In this document: positions 11,535-21,196 of the stretch, one piece after another | Layout of the letters: each line of letters opens with the position of its first letter | Position numbering within the stretch: position 1 is the first letter of the stretch | Origin: Actinomycetota bacterium | Lineage (GTDB): Bacteria; Actinomycetota; Acidimicrobiia; IMCC26256; VFJJ01 | NCBI GenBank assembly: GCA_009886115.1 | Contig: VFJJ01000051.1 | Span: 1-64,000, forward strand | DNA length: 64,000 nucleotides | Reading direction: 5' to 3' | Made by a program: the position numbers and the translations under genes | The notes under the pieces: generated by a model | Database searches by the model: none | The model's input: the letters and a program-made list of their open reading frames with translations, nothing else | What the model was told of the DNA's origin: nothing

Positions 11535-11642
11535 GCCCCAACCGTAACATCAGCAACAGGGCGCGACCGGGCTTTCACGACCGGGCCGGCACCGCTGCAC
11601 TCTCCCGGCCGGGGTCGAAGCGACGCCGGGGATCGACGTCGC

Positions 11643-13352
11643 TCACACCTCCATGATCACCGGCACCACGATGGGGCGGCGCTTGGTGGCCTTGGTGATG
11701 TAGCGCTGGAGCGCGAGACGGATCCGGTTCTCGAGGGCCTCGATCGCGACGAGCCCGTCCATGAACGGCGGATCGGACAGCGCAGCCTCGGCGACGGCCT
11801 CGGCGCCGACGAGCAGGTCCTCGGAGTCGGGCATGTAGATCCAACCCCGGGTGACGATCTCGGGCCCGCTCACGAGCGCTCCGGTCTGGGTGTCGATGGA
11901 GGCGACGACCACGACCATCCCCTCCTCGGAGAGCACGCGCCGATCGCGCAGCACGCCCCGGCCGATGTCGCCCACGATCCCGTCGACGAACAGGTACCCC
12001 GACGACACCGCCGAACGCTCGACCGACACGCCGCCGTTGGTGAGCACCACGGCGTCGCCGTCCTGGCAGATCATCACGCGGTCCTCGGGCATGCCGACGG
12101 CCCGGGCCAGGCGGGTGTGGTGCACGAGATGGCGGTACTCGCCGTGGATCGGCACGAAGTACTCGGGCTGCACGATGCGCAGCAGGCGCTTGAGATCCTC
12201 GGCCGAGGCATGCCCCGAGACGTGCACCGGGTGAATGCCACCGTGCACGACATCGGCGCCACGGCGGTGGAACCCGTTGATCGTGCGATGGACGTTGTGC
12301 TCGTTGCCGGGGATGGGCGTGGCCGAGAAGATGACGAGGTCGTCGGCTCCGACCTTGAGCCACTTCGACTGACCGGCCGCCATGAGCGACAGGGCCGACA
12401 TGGGCTCGCCCTGCGAGCCGGTGCAGATGATGCAGATCTCCGACGGCTGGTACCGGTCGATCTCCTCGATCGGGATCACCGACGATGCAGGTACGGGGAA
12501 CAGACCCATCTGGCGCGCCAGCGAGACGTTGTTGCCCATCGAGCGACCGAGGAACGCGATGCGCCGATGCTCGGACACCGCGGCCTCGGCGATCTGCTGC
12601 ACCCGGTGCAGGTGCGACGAGAAGCAGGCGCTGATGATGCGCTTGCCTCGGTTCTCGGCGAACACGCGCCGCAACTCGGGACCGACGCTCGACTCCGATC
12701 CGGTGTGGCCGGGCTCTTCGGCGTTGGTCGAGTCGGACAGCAGCAGCCTGATGCCGTCTTTGGCGATCGACTCGATCAGCGCCAGATCGGTGAATCGGCC
12801 GTCGACGGGCGCCTCGTCGAGCTTGAAGTCGCCCGAGTGCAAGATGGTGCCCTGGGGCGTGAAGAACGCAATCGCGTTGGCGTGCGGTACCGAGTGGGTG
12901 ACCGGGATGAACTGCACGTCGATGGGACCGACGCGCACACGCTGGCCGTCGGGCACCGGACGGAGCTCGGTGCGGTGCATCACCCCGTGCTCTTCGAGAC
13001 GGCCCTTGGCCATCCGGAGGGTGAGCTCGGCGCCGTACATGGGGACCTGGAGATCGGCGAGCAGGTGGGCCATGCCGCCCACGTGGTCCTCGTGCCCGTG
13101 GGTCAGGAGGACGGCGTCGACCCGGTCGGCGTTGTCGCGCAGGTACGTGAAGTCGGGGAGCACGAAGTCGACCCCGGGCATGGCGTGGTCGGGGAACATC
13201 AGGCCGAAGTCGACGACCAGGATCCGTCCGTTCACCTCGATGCAGGCGCAGTTGCGACCGATCTCGCCCAGCCCGCCGAGGAAGATGACCCGGACCGAGT
13301 CGTCGCTGGCCTCTCTGGTCGAGGTTCGCGATCGCTTCTCTGGATTGGCCAC
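11643..13352 (-). CDS. rnj: Ribonuclease J
   Basis: LGGLGEIGRN, THGHEDHVG, HSGDFK, TGSQGEP, HVSGHA and PIHGEYRH motifs. Confidence 0.96.
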   Translation of the reverse strand: MANPEKRSRTSTREASDDSVRVIFLGGLGEIGRNCACIEVNGRILVVDFGLMFPDHAMPGVDFVLPDFTYLRDNADRVDAVLLTHGHEDHVGGMAHLLADLQVPMYGAELTLRMAKGRLEEHGVMHRTELRPVPDGQRVRVGPIDVQFIPVTHSVPHANAIAFFTPQGTILHSGDFKLDEAPVDGRFTDLALIESIAKDGIRLLLSDSTNAEEPGHTGSESSVGPELRRVFAENRGKRIISACFSSHLHRVQQIAEAAVSEHRRIAFLGRSMGNNVSLARQMGLFPVPASSVIPIEEIDRYQPSEICIICTGSQGEPMSALSLMAAGQSKWLKVGADDLVIFSATPIPGNEHNVHRTINGFHRRGADVVHGGIHPVHVSGHASAEDLKRLLRIVQPEYFVPIHGEYRHLVHHTRLARAVGMPEDRVMICQDGDAVVLTNGGVSVERSAVSSGYLFVDGIVGDIGRGVLRDRRVLSEEGMVVVVASIDTQTGALVSGPEIVTRGWIYMPDSEDLLVGAEAVAEAALSDPPFMDGLVAIEALENRIRLALQRYITKATKRRPIVVPVIMEV

Positions 13353-13512
13353 GGGGCGAACCTACCAGTTGCAGCGGGTTCGGCACCGTGGTCAGGGCGT
13401 GACCGGGCTGCCTGCCCGGCCACGTGTGCGAGCCGCGTGTCGGGGTACGTCCGGGGGGTGCCCGAGGGCTCGTACCGGGCCCGATAGGGTGGCGCCAACG
13501 AGGAGGTGCCCC

Positions 13513-14160
13513 GTGGCCCAGTGTCGGACGTGCGGGAATTCGGTCAGCGAGCAGAGCCCCTATTGCAGTCGGTGCGGAACGCCCGACCCGGCTCAGGCCG
13601 TGGGCCCGCCCCCTCCGCCGGCGCCAGCTGCGCCCCCGGCCTGGCTCGCGGGCGCCGGTCAGCCGCCCGCACCGGGACAGCCGGGCAGCTGGGGTCCGGG
13701 CCCGGCTCCGGGCGGACCGCCGCCGCCGACGCCGGTCGTGAAGAAGAGGTCACCAGCCAACAAGGCGGTCAGGATCGTCGCCGGGATCGTCGCCGCGTTC
13801 CTGGTCGTCGTCATCGTCATCGCCGCCACCAGCTCCAACGGCGACGACGAGCCGGCGGCGGGCGACGTCGTCACCGACGGCACGACCAGGTTCCCCGACG
13901 ACGTGTTCGAGGAGGTGATCGGCGCGTGCGTCACCGGCGTGGGCTCCGACAGTCCTGGCGCCACCCCGAGCCAGATCCGCAGCTTCTGCGAGTGCACCTG
14001 GAACGAGGCCCAGCGCAGCGGCATCCCGTTCTCGCGGTTCACCGGCCAGGAGAAGGCATCGGCGTCAGGCACCTCGACGACGAGATCTCCGTCCGCCGCC
14101 ACGCCAGACGATGTTCAAGCGGTCTTCGACACCTGCCAGGAGGAGCTCGCCGAAGCCTGA
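13513..14160 (+). CDS. Zinc-ribbon membrane protein (CxxC...CxxC, Pro-rich linker, one TM helix, Cys-containing C-terminal domain)
   Basis: AGGAGG at 13501-13506 then GTG; CRTCG...YCSRCG; hydrophobic IVAGIVAAFLVVVIVIAAT; C-terminal C..C-x-C..C. Confidence 0.8.
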   Translation: MAQCRTCGNSVSEQSPYCSRCGTPDPAQAVGPPPPPAPAAPPAWLAGAGQPPAPGQPGSWGPGPAPGGPPPPTPVVKKRSPANKAVRIVAGIVAAFLVVVIVIAATSSNGDDEPAAGDVVTDGTTRFPDDVFEEVIGACVTGVGSDSPGATPSQIRSFCECTWNEAQRSGIPFSRFTGQEKASASGTSTTRSPSAATPDDVQAVFDTCQEELAEA

Positions 14161-14196
14161 TGGCCTCACAGCCTGTACGGCACCGCCCGAGAGGCG

Positions 14197-15393
14197 TCAG
14201 CCCAGCTCGCTGCCCACGATGGCCACGAAGCTCACGCAGGCACCGGGGCGTCCACCCAGGTTGTGGGTCAGGGCCAGGTTCTTGCCGGCGGCCACCGACG
14301 GGATCTGGCGGGCCCCGGCTTCGCCGCGGAGTTGCATCCAGCACTCGAAGAGCATCCGCAGGCCCGATGCCCCGATGGGATGGCCGAACGACTTGAGGCC
14401 ACCGTCAGGGTTGACGGGCAGCTCACCGTCGAGGTCGAACACCCCTGCCAGCACGTCCTTCCAGCCCAGACCCCGCTCCGAGAAACCCAGGTCCTCCATG
14501 AGCACGAGCTCGGTGGGCGTGAAGCAGTCGTGCACCTCGGCCATCGCCAGTTGCGCGCGCGGGTTCGTGACCCCGGCCTGGCGGTAGGCGTCCTCGGCCG
14601 AGCGCACGACCTCGAGGAACGTCGTGTAGTCGTAGTCGGGGTCGATCGGACCCGACGCCGGACCGGCCACGAACGAGAGCGCCTTGACGTACAACGGGTT
14701 CGGGCAGTACCGGTGGGCGTCCTCGGCCCGCACGATGATGGCCGCCGCGGAACCGTCGGAGACGCCCGAGCAGTCGAACACACCGAGTTGGCCAGCCACC
14801 AAGGGTGCCGCGGCGATGGTCTCGCACGACACCTCCTTGCGGAACTGCGCCCGGGCGTTGAGCGCCCCGTTCTTGTGGTTCTTCCATGCGATTCGGGTGA
14901 TGACGTCCTTGAGCTCCTGGGCATCGAGCCCGTAGCGATTCGCGTAGGCCGGTGCCAGGTACGAGAACGCGGCGGGGGCTGCGATGCCGATGGCGCTGCC
15001 GTCGTTGGTGGGGTTGGGCGTGACCAGACCCGAGTAGCCGGAGTCCTTCAGCTTCTCGACGCCGATGGCCATGGCCGTGTCGTAGGCGCCCGAGGCGATG
15101 GCGTAGCAGGCGTTCCGGAACGCCTCCGAGCCCGTCGCGCAGTAGTTCTCAATGCGCGTCACGGGCTTGTAGTCGAGCTGGAGGGGTCGCGACAGCGTGA
15201 GGCCGCTCACACCCGAGCCCATGGTGCCGACCCAGAATGCGTCGACGTCGTCGATGCCCAGCCCGGCCGAGGCCAGCGCGTCGGCCGATGACGAGAGCAG
15301 CAGGTCGTCGACCGACTGGTCCCAGTGCTCGCCGAAGGGCGTGCACCCCATCCCGATGATCGCCACCCGGTCGCGAATCCCGTTCGACGCCAT
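14197..15393 (-). CDS. SCP2-type thiolase / acetyl-CoA acyltransferase family protein
   Basis: RVAIIGMGCTPFG, nucleophile region ENYCATGS, EVHDCF, GGLKSFGHPIGASG, and HNLGG in place of the second Cys motif. Confidence 0.9.
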   Translation of the reverse strand: MASNGIRDRVAIIGMGCTPFGEHWDQSVDDLLLSSSADALASAGLGIDDVDAFWVGTMGSGVSGLTLSRPLQLDYKPVTRIENYCATGSEAFRNACYAIASGAYDTAMAIGVEKLKDSGYSGLVTPNPTNDGSAIGIAAPAAFSYLAPAYANRYGLDAQELKDVITRIAWKNHKNGALNARAQFRKEVSCETIAAAPLVAGQLGVFDCSGVSDGSAAAIIVRAEDAHRYCPNPLYVKALSFVAGPASGPIDPDYDYTTFLEVVRSAEDAYRQAGVTNPRAQLAMAEVHDCFTPTELVLMEDLGFSERGLGWKDVLAGVFDLDGELPVNPDGGLKSFGHPIGASGLRMLFECWMQLRGEAGARQIPSVAAGKNLALTHNLGGRPGACVSFVAIVGSELG

Positions 15394-15414
15394 CGTTTCG
15401 CTCCCCACATCTCG

Positions 15415-15461
15415 AAATTTGTGCAGAAATCGTCGCCTGGCGACGATTTCTGCACAAATTT
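15415..15461. repeat. Perfect 23-bp inverted repeat (REP-like palindrome)
   Basis: AAATTTGTGCAGAAATCGTCGCC-T-GGCGACGATTTCTGCACAAATTT, located between the DUF35-fusion and thiolase genes. Confidence 0.95.
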
Positions 15462-15473
15462 GGGCTGGTGCTG

Positions 15474-16901
15474 TCAGCCCCGGATGGGGCGGGCTTTCCA
15501 GAAGTAGTTGTGCACCGTACCGAGCGGCGAGGTGTAGAGCCGCCGGAAGGTCATTTCGACGCGCTGGCCGATCGCCACCTCGGCGGCCACGCAGTCGGTC
15601 AGCTCCACGTTGAACCGGCCTCCGCCGTCGAAGTCGATGATCGCCGCCACGAGAGGAGGCGACGGCGAGTAGGCCAGACGGTCGATCGTGTACGTGACGA
15701 TCGTGGCTCTCCGGTCGGCCATGGGGATTGCCTCGAAGCGGTCGACCGTCCGGCACTTGGGGCAGACCCGCTGCGGTGGCAACGTGATCGCCGAGCACGC
15801 CAGGCACCGGTTGCCGACGAACGCGTACTTCCACGATTCGTTGCGCAGCCCGGGCGGGGCCATGGGCCGCTCGGGATCGGGCCGGCGAGGCGGGTCGCGA
15901 TCGAGGAAACCTCGCCAGGTGAGGAAGTCGGTGTACGGGAGCCCGCCGCGGCCCGAAGAGGCCAGCTCAGCGACCGTGGCCGTCGGCCGGTAGGCAACCA
16001 GGGCTTCGGTGGTGCGCCACACGAGGGCGTCGGCTCCGTCGGCTAGAACCACCTGGAGGATGGTCTGGGCCGGCGCGGCCCGATCGAGCGCCGAGGCGAG
16101 CAACAGGTTGGGCGCCGCCGCTCCCGTGTTGCCGATGGTGGAAACGAAGTCGTCGACGAGGGCTTCCTTGCGGGCGCCGATCCGGGCCCGCACGACGCCG
16201 ACGGCACGGGCGTGCAGGCCGGCCACGACGAGATGGTCGACCTCGTCGATCGTGATGCCCGCCGCCTTCAAGGCATCGGTGACCGCCGCCTCCGCGAGCG
16301 GCACGTACGCATGCTCGCCGAAGCGGTCCTCCCAGGTCCTCGATGCCGGCTCACCCGGGGTGCGCCACCGGTCGAGGAACTCGGTCGTAGCACTGGCTCG
16401 TCCGAGCAGCTCACAGATCACCGGCGCCTCCGGGGTGCCCTCGCCCAGGAGCACCGCGACCGCACCATCACCGCCGTCGCGCTCGTCGGCTGAGGACGGC
16501 AGACCGGTCCGAACGTCGGAGGTGACGACGAGCGTCGCCCCGGGACCGCCCTGTCGTACCCCGGCCAGCGTCGCGGCCACGCCCGAGCGCACCGACCCGG
16601 CCATGTCGGCGGCCAGCACCGAATGGTCGAGCCGGAGTGCGGCGTGCACGCCGACGGCGTTGGTCTTGTCGGCATACGCCGGAACGGTCGTCGAGAGCCA
16701 CAACTGGTCGGGACGAACGCCCGGGGTCGCCCCCAGCGCGGCGCGCCCGGCCTCGACGGCCATCGAGGTGCTGTCCTCGTCGTACGACGCGACGCTGCGC
16801 GTGCCCCGTCCGCCTCCGCTTCCCAGCGCCGCACCGATGGCTGACCGATCGAGCCGCCAGTACGGCACGTACACGCCGTACCCCAGCACTCCCCTGCTCA
16901 T
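15474..16901 (-). CDS. HMG-CoA-synthase/FabH-fold domain fused to a DUF35 (Zn-ribbon + OB-fold) domain
   Basis: GYGVYVPYWRL, DEDSTSMAVEA, GDGAVA and IGNTG (HMGS fold); C-terminal CLAC-x10-CPKC and OB-fold ending HNYFWKARP; AGGAGG RBS. Confidence 0.88.
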   Translation of the reverse strand: MSRGVLGYGVYVPYWRLDRSAIGAALGSGGGRGTRSVASYDEDSTSMAVEAGRAALGATPGVRPDQLWLSTTVPAYADKTNAVGVHAALRLDHSVLAADMAGSVRSGVAATLAGVRQGGPGATLVVTSDVRTGLPSSADERDGGDGAVAVLLGEGTPEAPVICELLGRASATTEFLDRWRTPGEPASRTWEDRFGEHAYVPLAEAAVTDALKAAGITIDEVDHLVVAGLHARAVGVVRARIGARKEALVDDFVSTIGNTGAAAPNLLLASALDRAAPAQTILQVVLADGADALVWRTTEALVAYRPTATVAELASSGRGGLPYTDFLTWRGFLDRDPPRRPDPERPMAPPGLRNESWKYAFVGNRCLACSAITLPPQRVCPKCRTVDRFEAIPMADRRATIVTYTIDRLAYSPSPPLVAAIIDFDGGGRFNVELTDCVAAEVAIGQRVEMTFRRLYTSPLGTVHNYFWKARPIRG

Positions 16902-16992
16902 GGTCCTCCTTGTCGACGGGCGACGCCGCGATGAGCAACCTGGCACCCGCGCTGGAACCCATGGCGCCAGCGCGGGTCTCGGTGATGGAAGC

Positions 16993-18420
16993 TCAACCCG
17001 CGAACACGTACTCCTTGGCGAAGGGTGACTCGACGACCTCCTGCAGGGCCAGGAGGTTCCGGTCGGTCTTGGCCGGGTCGAACCTGAAGATCGCGCTCTC
17101 GATCGGCGGCACCCGCTCGTCGGGCGGGCCGTAGGTGTAGTTCCCGGCCAGGCCCTCGAAGTCGACCTCACCGAGCTGCTGGACGGCGTTCACGAGCCCT
17201 TCGTGGCTCAGGTCACCCAGGGCGACGGCCTTCTCGAGCGCGGCGTGGGCCGCCAGGGTTGCCGTGTAGCCGGTGAGCAGGAACGTGCTCGGCGCTGCTC
17301 CGTCCCCGTACTTCTCGACCCGGTCGAGGAAGTTCTTCATGCCCGGGATCTCCGGATCGCCGAACTCGCCGCCGTCTCCCACGAGATAGAAGTTGGCGAA
17401 CGCGGCGCCGTTGTCGCCGCCGGCGAGCAACGACAGGAAGCTCGGCAGCGTGCCGATGAAGACGGGCTCGAAACCGAGTGACCGGGCTCCGGTCATGAGG
17501 CCGGTCTGCTCCCTCGGCGTCGACACCGAGAACACCACTTCGCAGCCTGCGTCGGCGAGCTCGGTCACCTGGGCGGTGAAGTCGGTGTCGCCTGAGTTGT
17601 ACGTGGTGTCGGCTGCGAACTCGAAGCCGTACTTCTCGGCGGCGAACTCCAGCCCGGTCAGGCCCGACTCGCCGTACGAATCGTTCTGCGCGAACGTGCA
17701 CGCGGTCTGGCCCGCCCCCTCGAGGTTGGTCTGCCAGAACTCGACGCCGTTGATCATCTCGATCTCGTACGGAGCCGAGTACGGGAGGAAGTTCGGGTTG
17801 CGCACCCACTCCCCGGCCAACGAGCCGGGGATGGCGAGGATGTTGTCCTCGACGAGGAACTCGGCCATGGCCTTGGTCACCGGCGTTCCCAGGATGTTGG
17901 TGAACATCACCACGTCACCCTTGATCTGCTGGTACGCCTGCACCGCGACCGGCGCCTCGTTCTTGGAGTCGGCGACCTTGATCTCGACCTTGTACTTGCC
18001 CGCGATGCCGCCGAGCTCCTCGTTCACGAAGTCCCAGTACGTCTGGGCACCCACGAGCAGGTCGGTGCCCACGAAGGCCAGGGGCCCGGTCTGGTCGAGC
18101 ACCGCACCCACGGTGATCGTCTCGCCATCGAAACCGTCGACCTCTTCAGGATCGCCGACCGGGGCCGGCACCGTGGTCGTGGCGTCAGGTGGGGGTTCGG
18201 TGCTCTCGGTCGAATCGCCGCTCGTCGTGGTGTCACCCGGGCCCGCCGTGGTCGCGGCCGTCGTGTCGCCGCTCGGGGCTGTGGTTTCACCGGTGGCCGG
18301 AGTCGTCGCGTCGTCATCGTCGTCGCCGCACGCGGCAGCGACGAGACCGAGCGCCAGGAGTCCGGCGACGAGACGCACGAGTCGCCGTGTCCGAGCGGGG
18401 TGGTGCACGTGCTGGTTCAT
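16993..18420 (-). CDS. ABC transporter substrate-binding lipoprotein (LivK-like, type 1 periplasmic binding fold)
   Basis: Lipobox VAAAC, Thr-rich linker, TITVGAVLDQTGPLA, GGIAGKYKVE. Confidence 0.88.
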   Translation of the reverse strand: MNQHVHHPARTRRLVRLVAGLLALGLVAAACGDDDDDATTPATGETTAPSGDTTAATTAGPGDTTTSGDSTESTEPPPDATTTVPAPVGDPEEVDGFDGETITVGAVLDQTGPLAFVGTDLLVGAQTYWDFVNEELGGIAGKYKVEIKVADSKNEAPVAVQAYQQIKGDVVMFTNILGTPVTKAMAEFLVEDNILAIPGSLAGEWVRNPNFLPYSAPYEIEMINGVEFWQTNLEGAGQTACTFAQNDSYGESGLTGLEFAAEKYGFEFAADTTYNSGDTDFTAQVTELADAGCEVVFSVSTPREQTGLMTGARSLGFEPVFIGTLPSFLSLLAGGDNGAAFANFYLVGDGGEFGDPEIPGMKNFLDRVEKYGDGAAPSTFLLTGYTATLAAHAALEKAVALGDLSHEGLVNAVQQLGEVDFEGLAGNYTYGPPDERVPPIESAIFRFDPAKTDRNLLALQEVVESPFAKEYVFAG

Positions 18421-18460
18421 GATTCGCTCTCCCATGGTGTGAGCCGGGCGACGCATCGCC

Positions 18461-19537
18461 TCAGGGCGTCGACCGGGCGGTACGGAAACGGGCCTTGGCC
18501 CGCAGCCACAGGGCAGCGAGGCCCCGGGGCTCGAACAACAGGAACACGATCAGGAGAGCTCCGAAGAGCATCTCGTTGAACGCCGCGATCGACACGATGC
18601 CGCCCTCGCCCTTGACCTCGTAGAGGAACGGCAGCTTGTCGCTGTACTTCTCGACGATCTCGGGCAACGGACCGAGGAACAACGCTCCGAGGACCGCTCC
18701 CGACACCATACCCACGCCGCCGACGATGATGATGGCGACGTACTGGATCGACAGGAAGATGTTCCAGCTCGTCGGGCCCACGAACTGCTGCTGCACACCC
18801 AGCATGGCCCCGGCCATGGCCGCCATCGAGCTCGAGATCACGAAGGCGCCGATCTTGTACCGCGGCAACGAGATGCCGACCACCTCGGCGGCGACGTCGC
18901 GGTCGCGAACCGCCTGCAGGGCCCGACCCGGACGCGAGCGCACGATGTTGGCCGACACCAGGACGAACAGGCCGGCGAGGATCCACACGAGGTAGTAGAG
19001 ACCCTGCAGCTCGCTGAAGTCCTTGCCCGGTATCGAGAAACTCCGGAAATCGGTGAACCCCAACGAGAGCTCGGCCTGGCTCGTGGACGTGCCGTTGGTG
19101 CCGCCGGTGACCCGATCCCAGTTCTCGAAGATGTGGATGCCGATGAACACCAGGCCCAACGTGACCACGACGAGGTAGTTGCCCTTGAGCCGTAACGCGA
19201 AGGGGCCGACGATGCCACCGATGACGCCGCCGATCACTCCCGCGGCCAGGAGCCACAGCGGCAGGGGCCAGCCCCGGGCGGCGCCGAGGTACGCGGCGGT
19301 GTACGCGCCGCACCCGAGGAAGAACGCGTGCCCGAGCGACACCTGGCCGGTGAAACCGGTGAGCACGTTGAGCCCCACCGCTCCCATGGCGAAGATGCCG
19401 GCCGACACGAGCACGGTCATCCAGAAGTCGCCACTCACGACGAAGGGCACGAGAACACCGACCGCGACGACGAGCCCGATCGAGACGCGCGAGAAGCGTG
19501 TGGGAAGCAGTCGGAGTGCCGTGTCGTCGGTGGCCAT
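18461..19537 (-). CDS. Branched-chain amino acid-type ABC permease (LivM-like)
   Basis: GLNVLTGFTGQVSLGHA, RLKGNYL, GRALQAVRD and IIVGG motifs; multiple TM segments. Confidence 0.92.
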   Translation of the reverse strand: MATDDTALRLLPTRFSRVSIGLVVAVGVLVPFVVSGDFWMTVLVSAGIFAMGAVGLNVLTGFTGQVSLGHAFFLGCGAYTAAYLGAARGWPLPLWLLAAGVIGGVIGGIVGPFALRLKGNYLVVVTLGLVFIGIHIFENWDRVTGGTNGTSTSQAELSLGFTDFRSFSIPGKDFSELQGLYYLVWILAGLFVLVSANIVRSRPGRALQAVRDRDVAAEVVGISLPRYKIGAFVISSSMAAMAGAMLGVQQQFVGPTSWNIFLSIQYVAIIIVGGVGMVSGAVLGALFLGPLPEIVEKYSDKLPFLYEVKGEGGIVSIAAFNEMLFGALLIVFLLFEPRGLAALWLRAKARFRTARSTP

Positions 19538-20430
19538 CACACTCGCTCCACGGCGCGGCTGCCGAACAGGCCCGTCGGCTTGAGCACCAGGATCGCGATC
19601 ATCACGACGAAGGGCATCACCGAGTGGAACCCCTGGCCCAGCCACTCGGCGTTGGGCTCGATGTAGCCGGTGGTCATGACCTCGGTGACACCGATGACCA
19701 CGCCACCGACGATTGCGCCGAGCGGCGAGTCGAGGCCGCCCAGGATCATCGCCGGGAAGGCCCGCAACGCCGAGAAGCTCAGCGTGGAGTTGACCGATGC
19801 CGAGTCGGCGCCGAGCATGACGCCGGCCACCACGGCCACGACGCCAGCGATGGCCCACGAGATGGCGAACACGCGAGCGACGCTGATCCCCTGAGCCAGG
19901 GCGGCCTCCTGGTCGATCGCCGCGGCCCGCATGGCAACGCCCCATGCACTGAAGCGGAAGAACAGGAAGAACCCGAGCACCACGATCGCAGCGAAGAGCA
20001 CGGTGAAGAACCGCACCTGGGTGATGACGACCCCACCGAGCTCCCACTGGTCGGTGCCCCAGGGATCGTCGAGGAGCACCTCGGTGCTCCAGATCGACTG
20101 CTGCACCTGTTGGATCAGGATCAACAGGCCGAGGGTGACCATGATCACGGTGAACGCCGGCTGGCCCACGAGCTTGCGCAGCACGAGTCGTTCGAGGATC
20201 ACCGCCAGGATTGCCATGGTCGCCATGGCCATCAGCATCGCCACGATGAACGGCAGGTCCCAGGTGACCGAGTAGTTGTACGTGAGGTACGCGCCGAGCA
20301 GCACGAAGCCGCCGTGAGCGAAGTTGATCGTGCCCGTCGACTTGAACACCACCACGAAACCCAGCGCCACCAAGGCGTAGATCGACCCGAGCGCCGTGCC
20401 GGCGACGAGCAGGTTCAGGAACTTGTCCAT
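19537..20430 (-). CDS. Branched-chain amino acid-type ABC permease (LivH-like)
   Basis: GSIYALVALGF, INFAHG, GVAMRA, ILGGLDS and KPTGLFG motifs. Confidence 0.93.
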   Translation of the reverse strand: MDKFLNLLVAGTALGSIYALVALGFVVVFKSTGTINFAHGGFVLLGAYLTYNYSVTWDLPFIVAMLMAMATMAILAVILERLVLRKLVGQPAFTVIMVTLGLLILIQQVQQSIWSTEVLLDDPWGTDQWELGGVVITQVRFFTVLFAAIVVLGFFLFFRFSAWGVAMRAAAIDQEAALAQGISVARVFAISWAIAGVVAVVAGVMLGADSASVNSTLSFSALRAFPAMILGGLDSPLGAIVGGVVIGVTEVMTTGYIEPNAEWLGQGFHSVMPFVVMIAILVLKPTGLFGSRAVERV

Positions 20431-20434
20431 GGCA

Positions 20435-21196
20435 TCAGCTCGCTTCGCCGAGATAGGCGCGGATCACGTTGGGGTCGTTGGCGATCTGCTCCGGAGTGCC
20501 GACGGCGATCACCTGGCCGAACTCCAGGACCAGGAGCCGATCGGCCAGGTCCATCACGAAATGCATGTCGTGCTCGACGAGGACCATCGCCACCCCCAGC
20601 TCGTCACGGATGTCGAGGATGTAGCGGGCCATGCCTTCGGTCTCCTCGAGGTTCATCCCGGCCACCGGCTCGTCGAGCAACAGCACCTTGGGGTCCATGG
20701 CCAGGGCCCGTCCGAGCTCGATGCGCTTCTGGATCCCGTAGGGCAGGGTGCCGATGGGCTGACGGCGGTAGGGGGTGAGCTCGAGGAGCTCGACGATCTC
20801 CTCGCAGCGACGGCGGTGCACGATCTCCTCACGCTTGGCTCGCCCCACCCAGAGTGCCCCGGCGATGAACCCCGTCTTCATGAGGTGGTGCCGGCCGAGC
20901 ATCAGGTTCGAGATCACGTCGAGATTCGAGAACAGGGCAAGATTCTGGAACGTTCGGGCAATCCCGAGCGAAGCGATCTTCGACGGCGGAAGGCCCGTGA
21001 GCTCAAGACCCTCGAGCTTGATCGAGCCTCTCGGCTCGTACACCCCGTTGAGGCAGTTGAAGATCGAGGTCTTGCCCGCGCCGTTGGGACCGATGACCGC
21101 GAACAGCTCACCCGCCTCGACATCGAAGGTGACGTCGGAGATCGCTCGCACGCCGCCGAAGCTGAGGGAGATCTCGCGGACCTCGAGCAGGCTCAT
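20435..21196 (-). CDS. ABC ATP-binding protein (LivG-like)
   Basis: GPNGAGKTS, RTFQNL, LPYGIQKRIELGRAL, LLDEP, VEHDM and AYLG motifs. Confidence 0.94.
   Translation of the reverse strand: MSLLEVREISLSFGGVRAISDVTFDVEAGELFAVIGPNGAGKTSIFNCLNGVYEPRGSIKLEGLELTGLPPSKIASLGIARTFQNLALFSNLDVISNLMLGRHHLMKTGFIAGALWVGRAKREEIVHRRRCEEIVELLELTPYRRQPIGTLPYGIQKRIELGRALAMDPKVLLLDEPVAGMNLEETEGMARYILDIRDELGVAMVLVEHDMHFVMDLADRLLVLEFGQVIAVGTPEQIANDPNVIRAYLGEAS

Noticed and set aside
12382..14160. 592-aa ORF overlapping rnj on the opposite strand
   Set aside because: Only the part from GTG 13513, which has an AGGAGG RBS, looks like a real protein. The rest is the antisense frame of rnj.
15474..16901. Functional HMG-CoA synthase / mevalonate pathway
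   Set aside because: The catalytic Cys motif is not seen, no other mevalonate genes are present in the window, and MEP genes (dxr, ispG) are.
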